29,102 nucleotides of DNA from an uncultured Thermococci archaeon (GTDB lineage Archaea; CAYQAE01; CAYVLA01), in the NCBI GenBank assembly GCA_964549615.1, contig CAZJVP010000064.1:1-29102 (forward strand). Reading direction: 5' to 3'. Both the position numbers and the translations under genes were made by a program. This document shows, one piece after another, positions 1 through 8,129 of the stretch (position 1 is the first letter of the stretch; each line of letters opens with the position of its first letter). The notes beneath the pieces were generated by a model, which had not been told where the DNA came from, did no database searches, and was given only the letters and a program-made list of their open reading frames with translations.

Positions 1-63
1 GCGTTCTTCTTCGAGGCCTACAGGCAGCAAAGAGGCCTACGCATGGACGAGGATCGCTTCTGA
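1..63 (+). CDS. 3' end of a gene entering from the left (…AFFFEAYRQQRGLRMDEDRF*), product unknown
   Basis: Frame 1 is open to TGA at 61-63 with GC3-rich codon usage; too short to identify. Confidence 0.5.
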   Translation, partial: AFFFEAYRQQRGLRMDEDRF

Positions 64-487
64 TCTCCGCTTTTCGCACCCCGCCCGTTCGCTCTGAGGT
101 CGAGAGAACCATGGCGCATTCCCTCGCCTCAGGTCACCGCCATTCGAGCACTCGTAGGTTCACGAGGCCTCGCTGAGCACGGCCTCGGAACATAGGGACC
201 GACGGCGAGAGGATCAGGCAGCGTTCCCCGTCCTTCGCTGTACGCGTCCTCGTAACAGGGCGCATTAATCTCTTTGCCGCAATGCTCTTGGTCTGAGTCG
301 CTGCGCTCGGCCAAGGAGGTTGATCCCGCCGCGACGCGCATGACCGAACGCGGGGGATCGAAAGATGACACTCGCGTGCCGCGAGGACGGGTTCCAGAGC
401 GTTCCAGCGAACACTTAATTGACGTTGCACTCACCTTTGCCTCTCAGCAAATCCAAGACGCGAGGAATCCGAAAGAAGGGCGAGGCG

Positions 488-1642
488 ATGGTCATGTCTG
501 TAGCAAGCGGAATCCCGGTGCGGGGCATCGGCGGGACGAAGCGGCGGGGGCCGGCAATGCGATTCTGGGCCGTTTTTCTCGCAATGGTCCTTCTCTGTGC
601 CGTCGCGAGCGGCGCATTCTTGTCTTCCCTTCACAAGTTCAAGGCGGAGAAGGAGAAGTCGACAGATCTTTCAAGACGCCTAGCCGCCTCCGAGGAGGCG
701 ATTGCAGATCTCTCCCAGCAGCTCTCCGAGTCGCAGCAAGCTACAGCCGACCTATCCCGAAAGCTCAAGGACGCAGAGGAGACGTCTGCCGCCCTTTCCG
801 AAGAGCTCCTCGAATCCCAAGAGGCAATTGCAAACCTCTCCCAGCGTTTGGCCGAATCACAGCAAGCAGCGGCAACCGCGGCTGAGCAGGCCAAGGCATA
901 TGCGGCGCTGCTTGAAAACTACCAACAACTGGTGCGAACCTACCAAGAACAGCTCCTAAGTGCCAACCTCACGACGAATGCCACGCCTACCTACCCCGCT
1001 TCCAGAGCCGCGTGGCTAATCGCACCGGCCGTGGTTGCCCAGAGCGCCGGGCCCTTCCAAGTTCAGTACAAGGGGGTGGCGACGAATCTGAGCCTAGAGA
1101 TGATTCCCGGCAAGGGAAGGGTGCTTGTAAGCACCAGGCCACTCATGGGCGAGGTGTTCCAGGATACCGCTGTTCTGGCCAAGCAAACCGCCGAGCAGCT
1201 GTCAGGCGTAACCCTTGCGACGTTCGACCTCATATTCTCCATCAGTTCGCCGCTCGAGATCCCGGCGGTGGATGGGCCGAGCGCGGGAGCGGCCATGTGT
1301 CTGCTCGTGCTTTGCCTAATTGAGGGAAGATCGCTTGATCCCGGCTTCGCCCTGACCGGGACCGTCAGCTCGGATGGAACGATCGGGGCGATCGGCGGAC
1401 TCGTGGAGAAGGCCCAGGCCGCCAAGGACGCAGGTATGACCGTCTTCGCAATCCCGGAGGCAAACTCACAACTGACGGTGTACAAGGCAGAGAAGGTCAC
1501 CGTGGGCCGGCGGGTCTACGAAGTGCTTGTGCCTGTGCAGGTCTCAGCAGAGGAATACATCGAGACGAACATAGGAATACAGGTCGAAGTCGTCAAGGAT
1601 ATGGCCGATCTGCTCCGGCTTGCCACCACCAAGCAGGCGTGA
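488..1642 (+). CDS. Membrane-anchored Lon-like (peptidase S16) serine protease lacking an AAA+ domain, with a coiled-coil stalk
   Basis: DGPSAG (catalytic Ser) and IGGLVEKA (catalytic Lys) motifs, LTGTVSSDGTIGAIGG; N-terminal hydrophobic helix FWAVFLAMVLLCAVASGAFL; no Walker A. Start uncertain (419/488/494/557). Confidence 0.85.
   Translation: MVMSVASGIPVRGIGGTKRRGPAMRFWAVFLAMVLLCAVASGAFLSSLHKFKAEKEKSTDLSRRLAASEEAIADLSQQLSESQQATADLSRKLKDAEETSAALSEELLESQEAIANLSQRLAESQQAAATAAEQAKAYAALLENYQQLVRTYQEQLLSANLTTNATPTYPASRAAWLIAPAVVAQSAGPFQVQYKGVATNLSLEMIPGKGRVLVSTRPLMGEVFQDTAVLAKQTAEQLSGVTLATFDLIFSISSPLEIPAVDGPSAGAAMCLLVLCLIEGRSLDPGFALTGTVSSDGTIGAIGGLVEKAQAAKDAGMTVFAIPEANSQLTVYKAEKVTVGRRVYEVLVPVQVSAEEYIETNIGIQVEVVKDMADLLRLATTKQA
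665..874 (+). repeat. Five degenerate 42-nt (14-aa) tandem repeats encoding a coiled coil
   Basis: DLSRRLAASEEAIA / DLSQQLSESQQATA / DLSRKLKDAEETSA / ALSEELLESQEAIA / NLSQRLAESQQAAA. Confidence 0.8.
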
Positions 1643-2244
1643 GAAGATCGACCGTGCCGCGGGGAAACTGCTGGCGGAGACCCTTGAAACCTGCTCCACC
1701 GCATCCAAGCCCCTTCCCAAGTTCGCCATGATCGTTTGATTCGTCCGCGACGCTCCGATCCATGCAGCTCTGAAAGATCTCGGCGGAGCCTTTCAGAGCC
1801 AAGCAACGACGCAACTCGCCCGGGCTCAGCCAAGCGGAAGCCGGCCCAGCAATGATCCAGTCTTCGCGGCGAGGAAATCCGAAGAACCCGGGCTGAGCCC
1901 GAGAGGGATACTACGCCGGAGCGTTTTCCCTACGCTGCAGATCATTCAGAAGAGCTAGCACAATCCGGGCGGTGTTCTCTCTGGATTGCCTAGGTGCATC
2001 CAGAATGGTCGCTACATCGGTGAAGACCGGCACCGCAACCGATGTCCACCATCTTCTCAATGTGTTGCTTCGAGCCTGGGACTGAGCATCCAACGTGTCA
2101 GCTGCAGTGGCCAACGCGCTTCGTTTCAGGACCCCCTCAGCATCCTGGATCGGAGACTAGCGACTACACAGGTGCCAAGAGAGAGGCTTATGCAGATGGA
2201 CCTCGTGAGGGAATTGTGATTGCTCTCTTGGCTCGGGCGGCGAG

Positions 2245-2253
2245 ATATTTAAC
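2245..2253 (+). promoter_or_regulatory. TATA box of the tRNA-Thr gene
   Basis: ATATTTAAC about 26-34 nt upstream of the tRNA 5' end in a GC-rich background. Confidence 0.6.
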
Positions 2254-2278
2254 TCAAGTTGACTGAAGGACTGCAAGG

Positions 2279-2366
2279 GCCCCGGTGGCTTAGCCGGTAT
2301 GGCGGCGGACTTGTACTCTTTCGACGGGAGATCCGCAGGTCGTGGGTTCGAATCCCACCCGGGGCT
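2279..2366 (+). tRNA. tRNA-Thr(UGU) with a 15-nt intron at canonical position 37/38 (2316-2330)
   Basis: Acceptor GCCCCGG/CCGGGGC, discriminator U, anticodon stem GCGGA/TCCGC, loop CT-TGT-A|A, T arm GTGGG-TTCGAAT-CCCAC. Intron CTCTTTCGACGGGAG forms a BHB (CTTG/CGGG central helix, 3-nt bulges). No encoded CCA. Confidence 0.93.
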
Positions 2367-2506
2367 TTAGACCCAAAGCGCAACGGCACGGGAACCCACC
2401 CAAGGCGTGGCCAAGGGCGCCATCGGCTCCGCGACATTGCACCTCGGACCCAAGACAAAGCTCAAACTTTTATGCGGCTGCGCCGTGTCCGCAGGGGAGG
2501 CAGGTT

Positions 2507-3397
2507 ATGGCGAAGTTCTCCGGAGTCTTTCCTCCGATGATAACCATCTTCACCCCTAAGTTCGAGGTGAACGAGAAGGCCACGCGCGAGCACATCGACT
2601 TCCTGATCGAGAAGGGGGCCAACGGAATCATTCCGTGCGGGAGCACGGGCGAGTTCCCTACGATGTCGACATCCGAGCGCCAGAAGGTGATCGAGTTCAC
2701 GATCGATCAGGTGAACGGCAGGGTCCCGGTGGTCGCAGGGACAGCCAGCACGGCAACGGATGAGACGATCCGCCTGAGCAAGTTCGCCGAGGATGCGGGC
2801 GCGGACGGCGTCCTCATCGTTCCGCCGTACTACTACAAATCCACCGAGGAGGAGATCTACCAGCACTACAAGGCCGTTTCCGAGGCCATCGACATACCCA
2901 TAATGCTGTACAACAACCCTTGGGTCTGCGGCTACTACGTCTATCCCGACCTAGTGGCAAGGATGGCCAGGGATGGGATCATACAGTACGTCAAGGAGAC
3001 CCACGGCGACCTGGCCTACGTGCATGAATCGATCCAGAAGGCCGGCAAGCACCTAACCCTTTTCTTCGGCCGGGACGAGAACTCGTTTGAGGCCTTCATG
3101 GTCGGGGCCCAGGGCTGGGTGTCCGGAGCTGCGAACCTTGTGATCGAGATGGAATCCGAGATCTTCAACCTAGTGAAGGCCGGCAAGATCGACAAGGCGA
3201 GGGAGAAGTACTACAAAGTGCTCCCCTTCTTCTACCTCACGGAGAGGAAGGGTAGGTGGATCGCGCGCGTCAAGGCCGGGCTCAAGATGATGGGCCGCGA
3301 TGCCGGGGACCCAAAGCCCCCGCTGCTTCCCCTTAACAACGTGGAACTCGCCGAGCTACGCAACGTGCTCGTGCAGATAGGGCTGCTTTCCGAATAG
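2507..3397 (+). CDS. Dihydrodipicolinate synthase/N-acetylneuraminate lyase (DapA-like) family aldolase/lyase
   Basis: GSTGE motif, PPYYY, LYNNP, Schiff-base Lys in YVKET; ATG 2507 preceded by GGAGG, with TTTTAT further upstream. Confidence 0.9.
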   Translation: MAKFSGVFPPMITIFTPKFEVNEKATREHIDFLIEKGANGIIPCGSTGEFPTMSTSERQKVIEFTIDQVNGRVPVVAGTASTATDETIRLSKFAEDAGADGVLIVPPYYYKSTEEEIYQHYKAVSEAIDIPIMLYNNPWVCGYYVYPDLVARMARDGIIQYVKETHGDLAYVHESIQKAGKHLTLFFGRDENSFEAFMVGAQGWVSGAANLVIEMESEIFNLVKAGKIDKAREKYYKVLPFFYLTERKGRWIARVKAGLKMMGRDAGDPKPPLLPLNNVELAELRNVLVQIGLLSE

Positions 3398-3399
3398 CA

Positions 3400-4440
3400 C
3401 TACAGCCAGCGCGCAAACCAGTCGAAGGCCTTCGCCCCGCTGAACGCATGGGCGCCGGGGAAGATGTCGCAGTCCAGCCTGTCCGCCGCGCCGGCGGCTC
3501 GATAGATGCGCGCAAGATGGGCATATGCCTTCTTTGCATCATCGATGACGAAGCACGTGTCCTGCTCGCCCATCTCGACCAGGAGCGGCCGGGGCGCGAT
3601 GAGGCCCGCAACGTCGGCGATGTCCCCGTACAGAAGGAGGCCGGGGCTGTACTGGCTTCCGCAGGTGTTGGCCTTTCCCCGGTCGCTCAGGGCGTCCCCG
3701 CGAACCGTGCTGATATACCCGCTGATGACCGCGACCTTGATCCTTGGGTCCAGCGCGGAGAGGTAGGTGGTCATCGTTCCCCCGAAGGATAGTCCCACAC
3801 AGCCTATGCGCCTCGGGTCAACCTCGGGCCGCGCCGCAAGGTAGTCGATCGTGCGCATCCCGTCCCAGATGTTGAGCGTCAGCAGGTGGTAGCCGAAGTA
3901 GCCATAGGCAAGGTAGCTGACGTTGCACTTGTCCCGGCCCTCCCTCACCCAAGCGGCGTCGGGCGACCTTTCCCCGAAACACCTCCAGTCGGGCGCGATG
4001 ACCACGTAGCCCCTCTGCGCGAACTTCCTGGCATAGTCGTAGTTGAGAGCGGCCACGTGCCTCCTGTCCCCCTCGGTCTGCGCCAGCCCCACCACATCCT
4101 CCTTGCCCCTGCCGTGTCCGTGGGCAGCGAGTATTCCCGGTCGCCTCTCTCCCTTCCTCAAGCCATCGGGGATCAGGACGTAGGCCGGGACTGAGGCGAA
4201 TCTCTCCGAATCGAAGATGACCTTCTCCCTCGTGTAGCCGTCCTCGCGGCACGTCTCCACAACCTCCGGCCTTAGAGGGACGCGGCCTGGGAACTTGCCG
4301 AGGTTCTTCAGAAGCTGCCTCTTGAAGGTCGCGCGCCAAAGGTCATAATCCCTCTTGCTCTTCCCTCTGGAACTCAAGCTCGGTCTGGTCCGAAGAAGGG
4401 CGTTCACCGAATCGCGAACGCCGATCAGCCTTCTCGACAT
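3400..4440 (-). CDS. Alpha/beta hydrolase (dienelactone hydrolase/acetyl esterase-like)
   Basis: HGHG, APDWRCFGER, nucleophile elbow GLSFGG, LIAPRPLL, GEQD (Asp), PGAHAF (His). Confidence 0.85.
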   Translation of the reverse strand: MSRRLIGVRDSVNALLRTRPSLSSRGKSKRDYDLWRATFKRQLLKNLGKFPGRVPLRPEVVETCREDGYTREKVIFDSERFASVPAYVLIPDGLRKGERRPGILAAHGHGRGKEDVVGLAQTEGDRRHVAALNYDYARKFAQRGYVVIAPDWRCFGERSPDAAWVREGRDKCNVSYLAYGYFGYHLLTLNIWDGMRTIDYLAARPEVDPRRIGCVGLSFGGTMTTYLSALDPRIKVAVISGYISTVRGDALSDRGKANTCGSQYSPGLLLYGDIADVAGLIAPRPLLVEMGEQDTCFVIDDAKKAYAHLARIYRAAGAADRLDCDIFPGAHAFSGAKAFDWFARWL

Positions 4441-4549
4441 CCCATCACCGGGGCAGCAAGAACCCTAGCCTCTATTAACTCTCGCTGGACCATAGTGCCG
4501 ACACATTCTAAAGCAAGCTTAGAACCTTCGCTGACAAGGTGCAGCCGGC

Positions 4550-5245
4550 TTGTGGAGATGGTCCAGTCCCAGGCCCAGCAGGCCGAGGAAGTCAAAAGCG
4601 CAGCTTGAGAAGGAGAGGCGGAAAAAGGTCGAGTCGTTCCTCAGGGAGGGCGTGATCAAGAGCCCGCTTCTCGCCGATGCGATGCTCAAGGTGCCAAGGG
4701 AGGAGTTCGTGCCGCCGGAGTACAGGGATCACTCCTACCGGGAGATACCCCTCCCCCTCCCGGCCCTAGAGGCGACGGTCTCTTCTCCGCGGAGCTACGC
4801 CATCTTCTACGAGGCGCTTGAGCTTAGCAGGGGTGACCGGCTGCTTGAGATCGGCACGGGCTCCGGCTACGGCGCCGCCCTGGCGCGCGAGATAGTCGGC
4901 AAGGAAGGCCTTGTGATAAGCCTGGAGATCGACCGCTCCGCGTTCAGCTACGCCCGATCCAATCTGTCCCGGCTGGGTTATGGTGACATCATACTCATAA
5001 GGGGCGACGGGTACCTGGGCTACGAACCCGAGGCCCCGTACGACAAGATATCCGTTACGGCGGCGGTGCCCCGAATGCCGCAGCCCCTCCTCGAACAGCT
5101 CAGCGAAGATGGCCTAGCCGTCGCGCCGGTCGGCTCGGATGATAGCCAAAGGATCCAGCTCATCCGCAAGGACTCAACGGCGAAGACCATAGCAGGGTCT
5201 GCTTCCTTCGTGCCGATGATCAGGAGTAGGGCGGCCCGGGAGTAG
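4550..5245 (+). CDS. pcm: Protein-L-isoaspartate O-methyltransferase
   Basis: AMLKVPREEFVP, LLEIGTGSGYGAA (SAM motif I), GDGYLGYEPEAPYDKISVTAA, FVPMI. Confidence 0.88.
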   Translation: MWRWSSPRPSRPRKSKAQLEKERRKKVESFLREGVIKSPLLADAMLKVPREEFVPPEYRDHSYREIPLPLPALEATVSSPRSYAIFYEALELSRGDRLLEIGTGSGYGAALAREIVGKEGLVISLEIDRSAFSYARSNLSRLGYGDIILIRGDGYLGYEPEAPYDKISVTAAVPRMPQPLLEQLSEDGLAVAPVGSDDSQRIQLIRKDSTAKTIAGSASFVPMIRSRAARE

Positions 5246-5308
5246 AACGGCGCGTCTCGTTTGCGCACATGCTCAACCGATCGGCAAAGCCTTGACCTCT
5301 TCTTACCT

Positions 5309-6589
5309 TCACTTGGGCCCCTGCCGGGGTTCCGCCAACCTCGCCGCCCCCAATACCGACAACGCCACCAGACCCGCGGTCATCGCAAACAAGGCACGAA
5401 AAGAAACGAGGTCGACGATTATCCCGCCCACGACGGGCAGGAGCATGACGAAGGCAAGGGTCGTGTTAAGAACCCCCACATACGTTGGCCTTCTCACGAC
5501 CGGCGCGATCTCAAGAACGTAGTTGTTCTTCGCCAACCAGAGTCCGGTCGACCCCAAACCCCTGAGGATGAACACGAGCACAAACACAACGTGGTCGGGA
5601 GAAATCAAGGCCACCACTGGCGTCATCATCGAAATGAGAGCGGAGGCCCTGACGACGACCCGGCACCCCCTCGAATCGCCGACGAACCCCCAGGCCAAGT
5701 TCGCAAGAAGACTGGAGAGCATCTCGATGGCTACGAACACGCCTAGCCAACCCTCGGGCGCCCTGAGCGATTCCCTTGCATAGACCACGTAGAAAGGCAG
5801 CGAGAGAGACATCGCGTTCGCAAGCACCATGACGCAGAGAAACCTCCTGAAGTTTGGATCATCCCAAACGAGCCTGCAGACGTGGGAGAGGTACTCGCGC
5901 ATGGTCTTCTCCCGCTCGGCCTTCACGTGCCCAGCCGGCTCGACGACGAAAAGGAAGCATGCCACCGCAAGGACCAAGAAGGCGAAGGTGAGGAAGAAGA
6001 GCAGACAATAGTTGCCTGGGAACGGGAACTTCGCAGCGTCCCCCAGCACATGGGCAACGACGAGCCCGGCAAACACGCCAATGATCCCGGAGAAGAAGTT
6101 GCGGTAGCCGAAATACCGTCCCCTGCTCGTCGCCGGAATCGTTTTCCCGACGATGTCCATGAAAGCCAGCCCGCTGATCCCCCCGGCAAGGGAGAAGCTT
6201 CCAAGGCACAAGAAGAACAGGAGAAGGTAGCTCTGGGGGCCTAGACTTGAGGCCCAGGCCGGGGAGACGGCGAGGCATAGCCACGATGCCAACCGCAAAA
6301 CCGCGGCCACCCGGTAGAGCCCCATCTTCTTGGGCAGATGCTCCACATAACGAGCGACCACCAGCTGCGGCAGCAGCCAGCCCACGTTGGTCAGCGTGCC
6401 TACCAAGCCGATCAGAACGCTCGATCGAGTGAACAGCGAGACGAACACCGGCAAAACGGTGGAGGACTCCGAGAACCCCAACCCGCCGCCGTAGAATGCC
6501 CCATTCGCCACGCCGAGGGCGAAGTTCCTATGGAAGTGGTGATCGGGTACCTCAGCGTCCTCGCTTGGCCGCCTATCTCGGACTTCCAT
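5309..6589 (-). CDS. MFS transporter
   Basis: About 12 hydrophobic helices; WGFVGDSRGCR motif-A-like loop; RGRYFG. Confidence 0.88.
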   Translation of the reverse strand: MEVRDRRPSEDAEVPDHHFHRNFALGVANGAFYGGGLGFSESSTVLPVFVSLFTRSSVLIGLVGTLTNVGWLLPQLVVARYVEHLPKKMGLYRVAAVLRLASWLCLAVSPAWASSLGPQSYLLLFFLCLGSFSLAGGISGLAFMDIVGKTIPATSRGRYFGYRNFFSGIIGVFAGLVVAHVLGDAAKFPFPGNYCLLFFLTFAFLVLAVACFLFVVEPAGHVKAEREKTMREYLSHVCRLVWDDPNFRRFLCVMVLANAMSLSLPFYVVYARESLRAPEGWLGVFVAIEMLSSLLANLAWGFVGDSRGCRVVVRASALISMMTPVVALISPDHVVFVLVFILRGLGSTGLWLAKNNYVLEIAPVVRRPTYVGVLNTTLAFVMLLPVVGGIIVDLVSFRALFAMTAGLVALSVLGAARLAEPRQGPK

Positions 6590-6990
6590 TTTCGGCGAGC
6601 TTCACTTAGCCCGTATAAAGCTCTCCTGCCCCCAAGCAGTGAACGACTGACACCTTTGGCGATAAGCAACGTTCCGTCGCGATCGAAAGACCGGCAACCC
6701 GCCTGTGTCAAGCCCTGAAGGGCCTGCTGGATGGCCCTAGCATGAGGTCCTCGGTTTCAGGACGGTTCTTAGGTTCACGGGCTCCGCAGCATCCTTTGGG
6801 GCTCCTCCCACAACCAGCCCATCTCGTATCGGGCGACTCCCACCTGCGTGGTGGACATCCCACGATATCCCAAATGTGGACGGCCATGGTCCCGGTGTTG
6901 AGTAGACGGTTTTCGCCCAGCCCCCACCTCGGGGGCAGCGGACTCAAGGGAGGGGCAGGGTTTGTCTGTAACCCGATCAAATCCCCCGGA

Positions 6991-8064
6991 TCACCGAATC
7001 GGGAACCTGACCACCTTCCCAGTCTTCGACGAGCGGTATACGGCCACGACGACTTCAAGAGCCTTCCTTCCCTCGTGGCCGTCGACCAGGGGCTTGCGAT
7101 CCTGCTGTATCGCATCCACGAAGTCCTGCATCTGGAGCGCATGGGAATCGGCCGTGATCGCCGAAGCCTCCGCGGCGGCCGACAGCTTGGCCTTCTCCTC
7201 CGCCCGCTCCTCCTCCCCTTGCACAGCCCATTTCACCATCTTTCCCCCCTCGATTATCGCCGTTCCCTTCTCGCCGTGGATCTCGAGCCTCTCGGGCAGC
7301 CCCGGGTATATGGACGTGCTCCCCTCGATGACGCCCCGGGCGCCGCTCTTGAACTCGATGATCGCAAGCCCTAGGTCCTCCGTCTCGATCTTGTGGGTCA
7401 TCACCCCTATCCTTCCAAACAGCCATGCCGGATCGCCCATGATGTAGCGCTGAAGATCGATCGTGTGGATGGACTGGTTGATGAGGGACCCGCCCCCGTC
7501 GTACTTCCATGTGCCCCTCCACCCCCCCTTGTCGTAGTACTCCTGCGTGCGGTACCACTTCACATACGCATCGCCCAAGATCAGCCTGCCGAACCTTCCC
7601 TGATCAACAGCCTCCTTCAGTTTGCGCGTCGCGGCGTCGAATCGGTGTTGGAAGATCACTCCAAGCTTCACGCCTGCCTTCTCGCAGGCCGAGATCAAGG
7701 CATCCGCCCGTTCGAGGGTGATGTCTATCGGCTTCTCGACCAGCACATGCTTGCCCGCCTCCGCACCTAGGATCCCCAGCTTGGCGTGCAGCCCGCTCGG
7801 CGTGCAGACGTCAAGGACATCTAGGTCATCCCTCTTGAGCATCTCCTGCACATCGTTGTAAGCAGGGACCCCGAAGTCAGCCCCGAACTTCTTTGCCACC
7901 GCATCTATCGCATCGCAGACCGCGACGAGTTTAGCTCCCTTCACGTTCCCGAGAGCCTTGGCGTGGAAGGGTCCAATGACGCCTCCCCCGACGATGCCGA
8001 ATCCCAAAGCCTTCATCCGATCGCCGAGACCGCTGAAGCTGAGAAGCTCTTTAGTCTTTTTCAT
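6991..8064 (-). CDS. Gfo/Idh/MocA family NAD(P)-dependent oxidoreductase
   Basis: GIVGGGVIG Rossmann motif, VCTPSGLH, GKHVLVEKP, GGGSLINQSIHTID; the start may be ATG 8016. Confidence 0.92.
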   Translation of the reverse strand: MKKTKELLSFSGLGDRMKALGFGIVGGGVIGPFHAKALGNVKGAKLVAVCDAIDAVAKKFGADFGVPAYNDVQEMLKRDDLDVLDVCTPSGLHAKLGILGAEAGKHVLVEKPIDITLERADALISACEKAGVKLGVIFQHRFDAATRKLKEAVDQGRFGRLILGDAYVKWYRTQEYYDKGGWRGTWKYDGGGSLINQSIHTIDLQRYIMGDPAWLFGRIGVMTHKIETEDLGLAIIEFKSGARGVIEGSTSIYPGLPERLEIHGEKGTAIIEGGKMVKWAVQGEEERAEEKAKLSAAAEASAITADSHALQMQDFVDAIQQDRKPLVDGHEGRKALEVVVAVYRSSKTGKVVRFPIR

Positions 8065-8129
8065 TCACGGGCCGATCCAGCTGCCGTCCCGTCGAACCGC
8101 GCCGACCATCTGGTTCTGCTTTGCTCCGG

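Noticed and set aside
313-332. AAGGAGGTTGATCCCGCCGC resembles the reverse complement of the 16S rRNA 3' end
   Set aside because: Imperfect 20-nt match with no flanking rRNA similarity, and not positioned as an SD for a credible start.
665-874. 42-nt periodicity as a CRISPR-like array
   Set aside because: Degenerate in-frame coding repeats with no spacers and no cas genes.
1870-2195. GAGGAAATCC and downstream GGCTTAT reminiscent of RNase P RNA P4 strands
   Set aside because: The two segments do not pair as P4, and other conserved regions were not found.
1911-2266. Short ORFs (67-77 aa) upstream of the tRNA
   Set aside because: Three overlapping candidates, none with recognisable motifs or a convincing start context.
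2340-2366. tRNA 3' end as an integration (att) site for an island
   Set aside because: No second copy of the tRNA 3' sequence and no integrase noticed in the window.
2342-2506. N-terminal extension of the DapA-like ORF in the track
   Set aside because: It overlaps the tRNA; ATG 2507 has an SD and a promoter and matches the family N-terminus.
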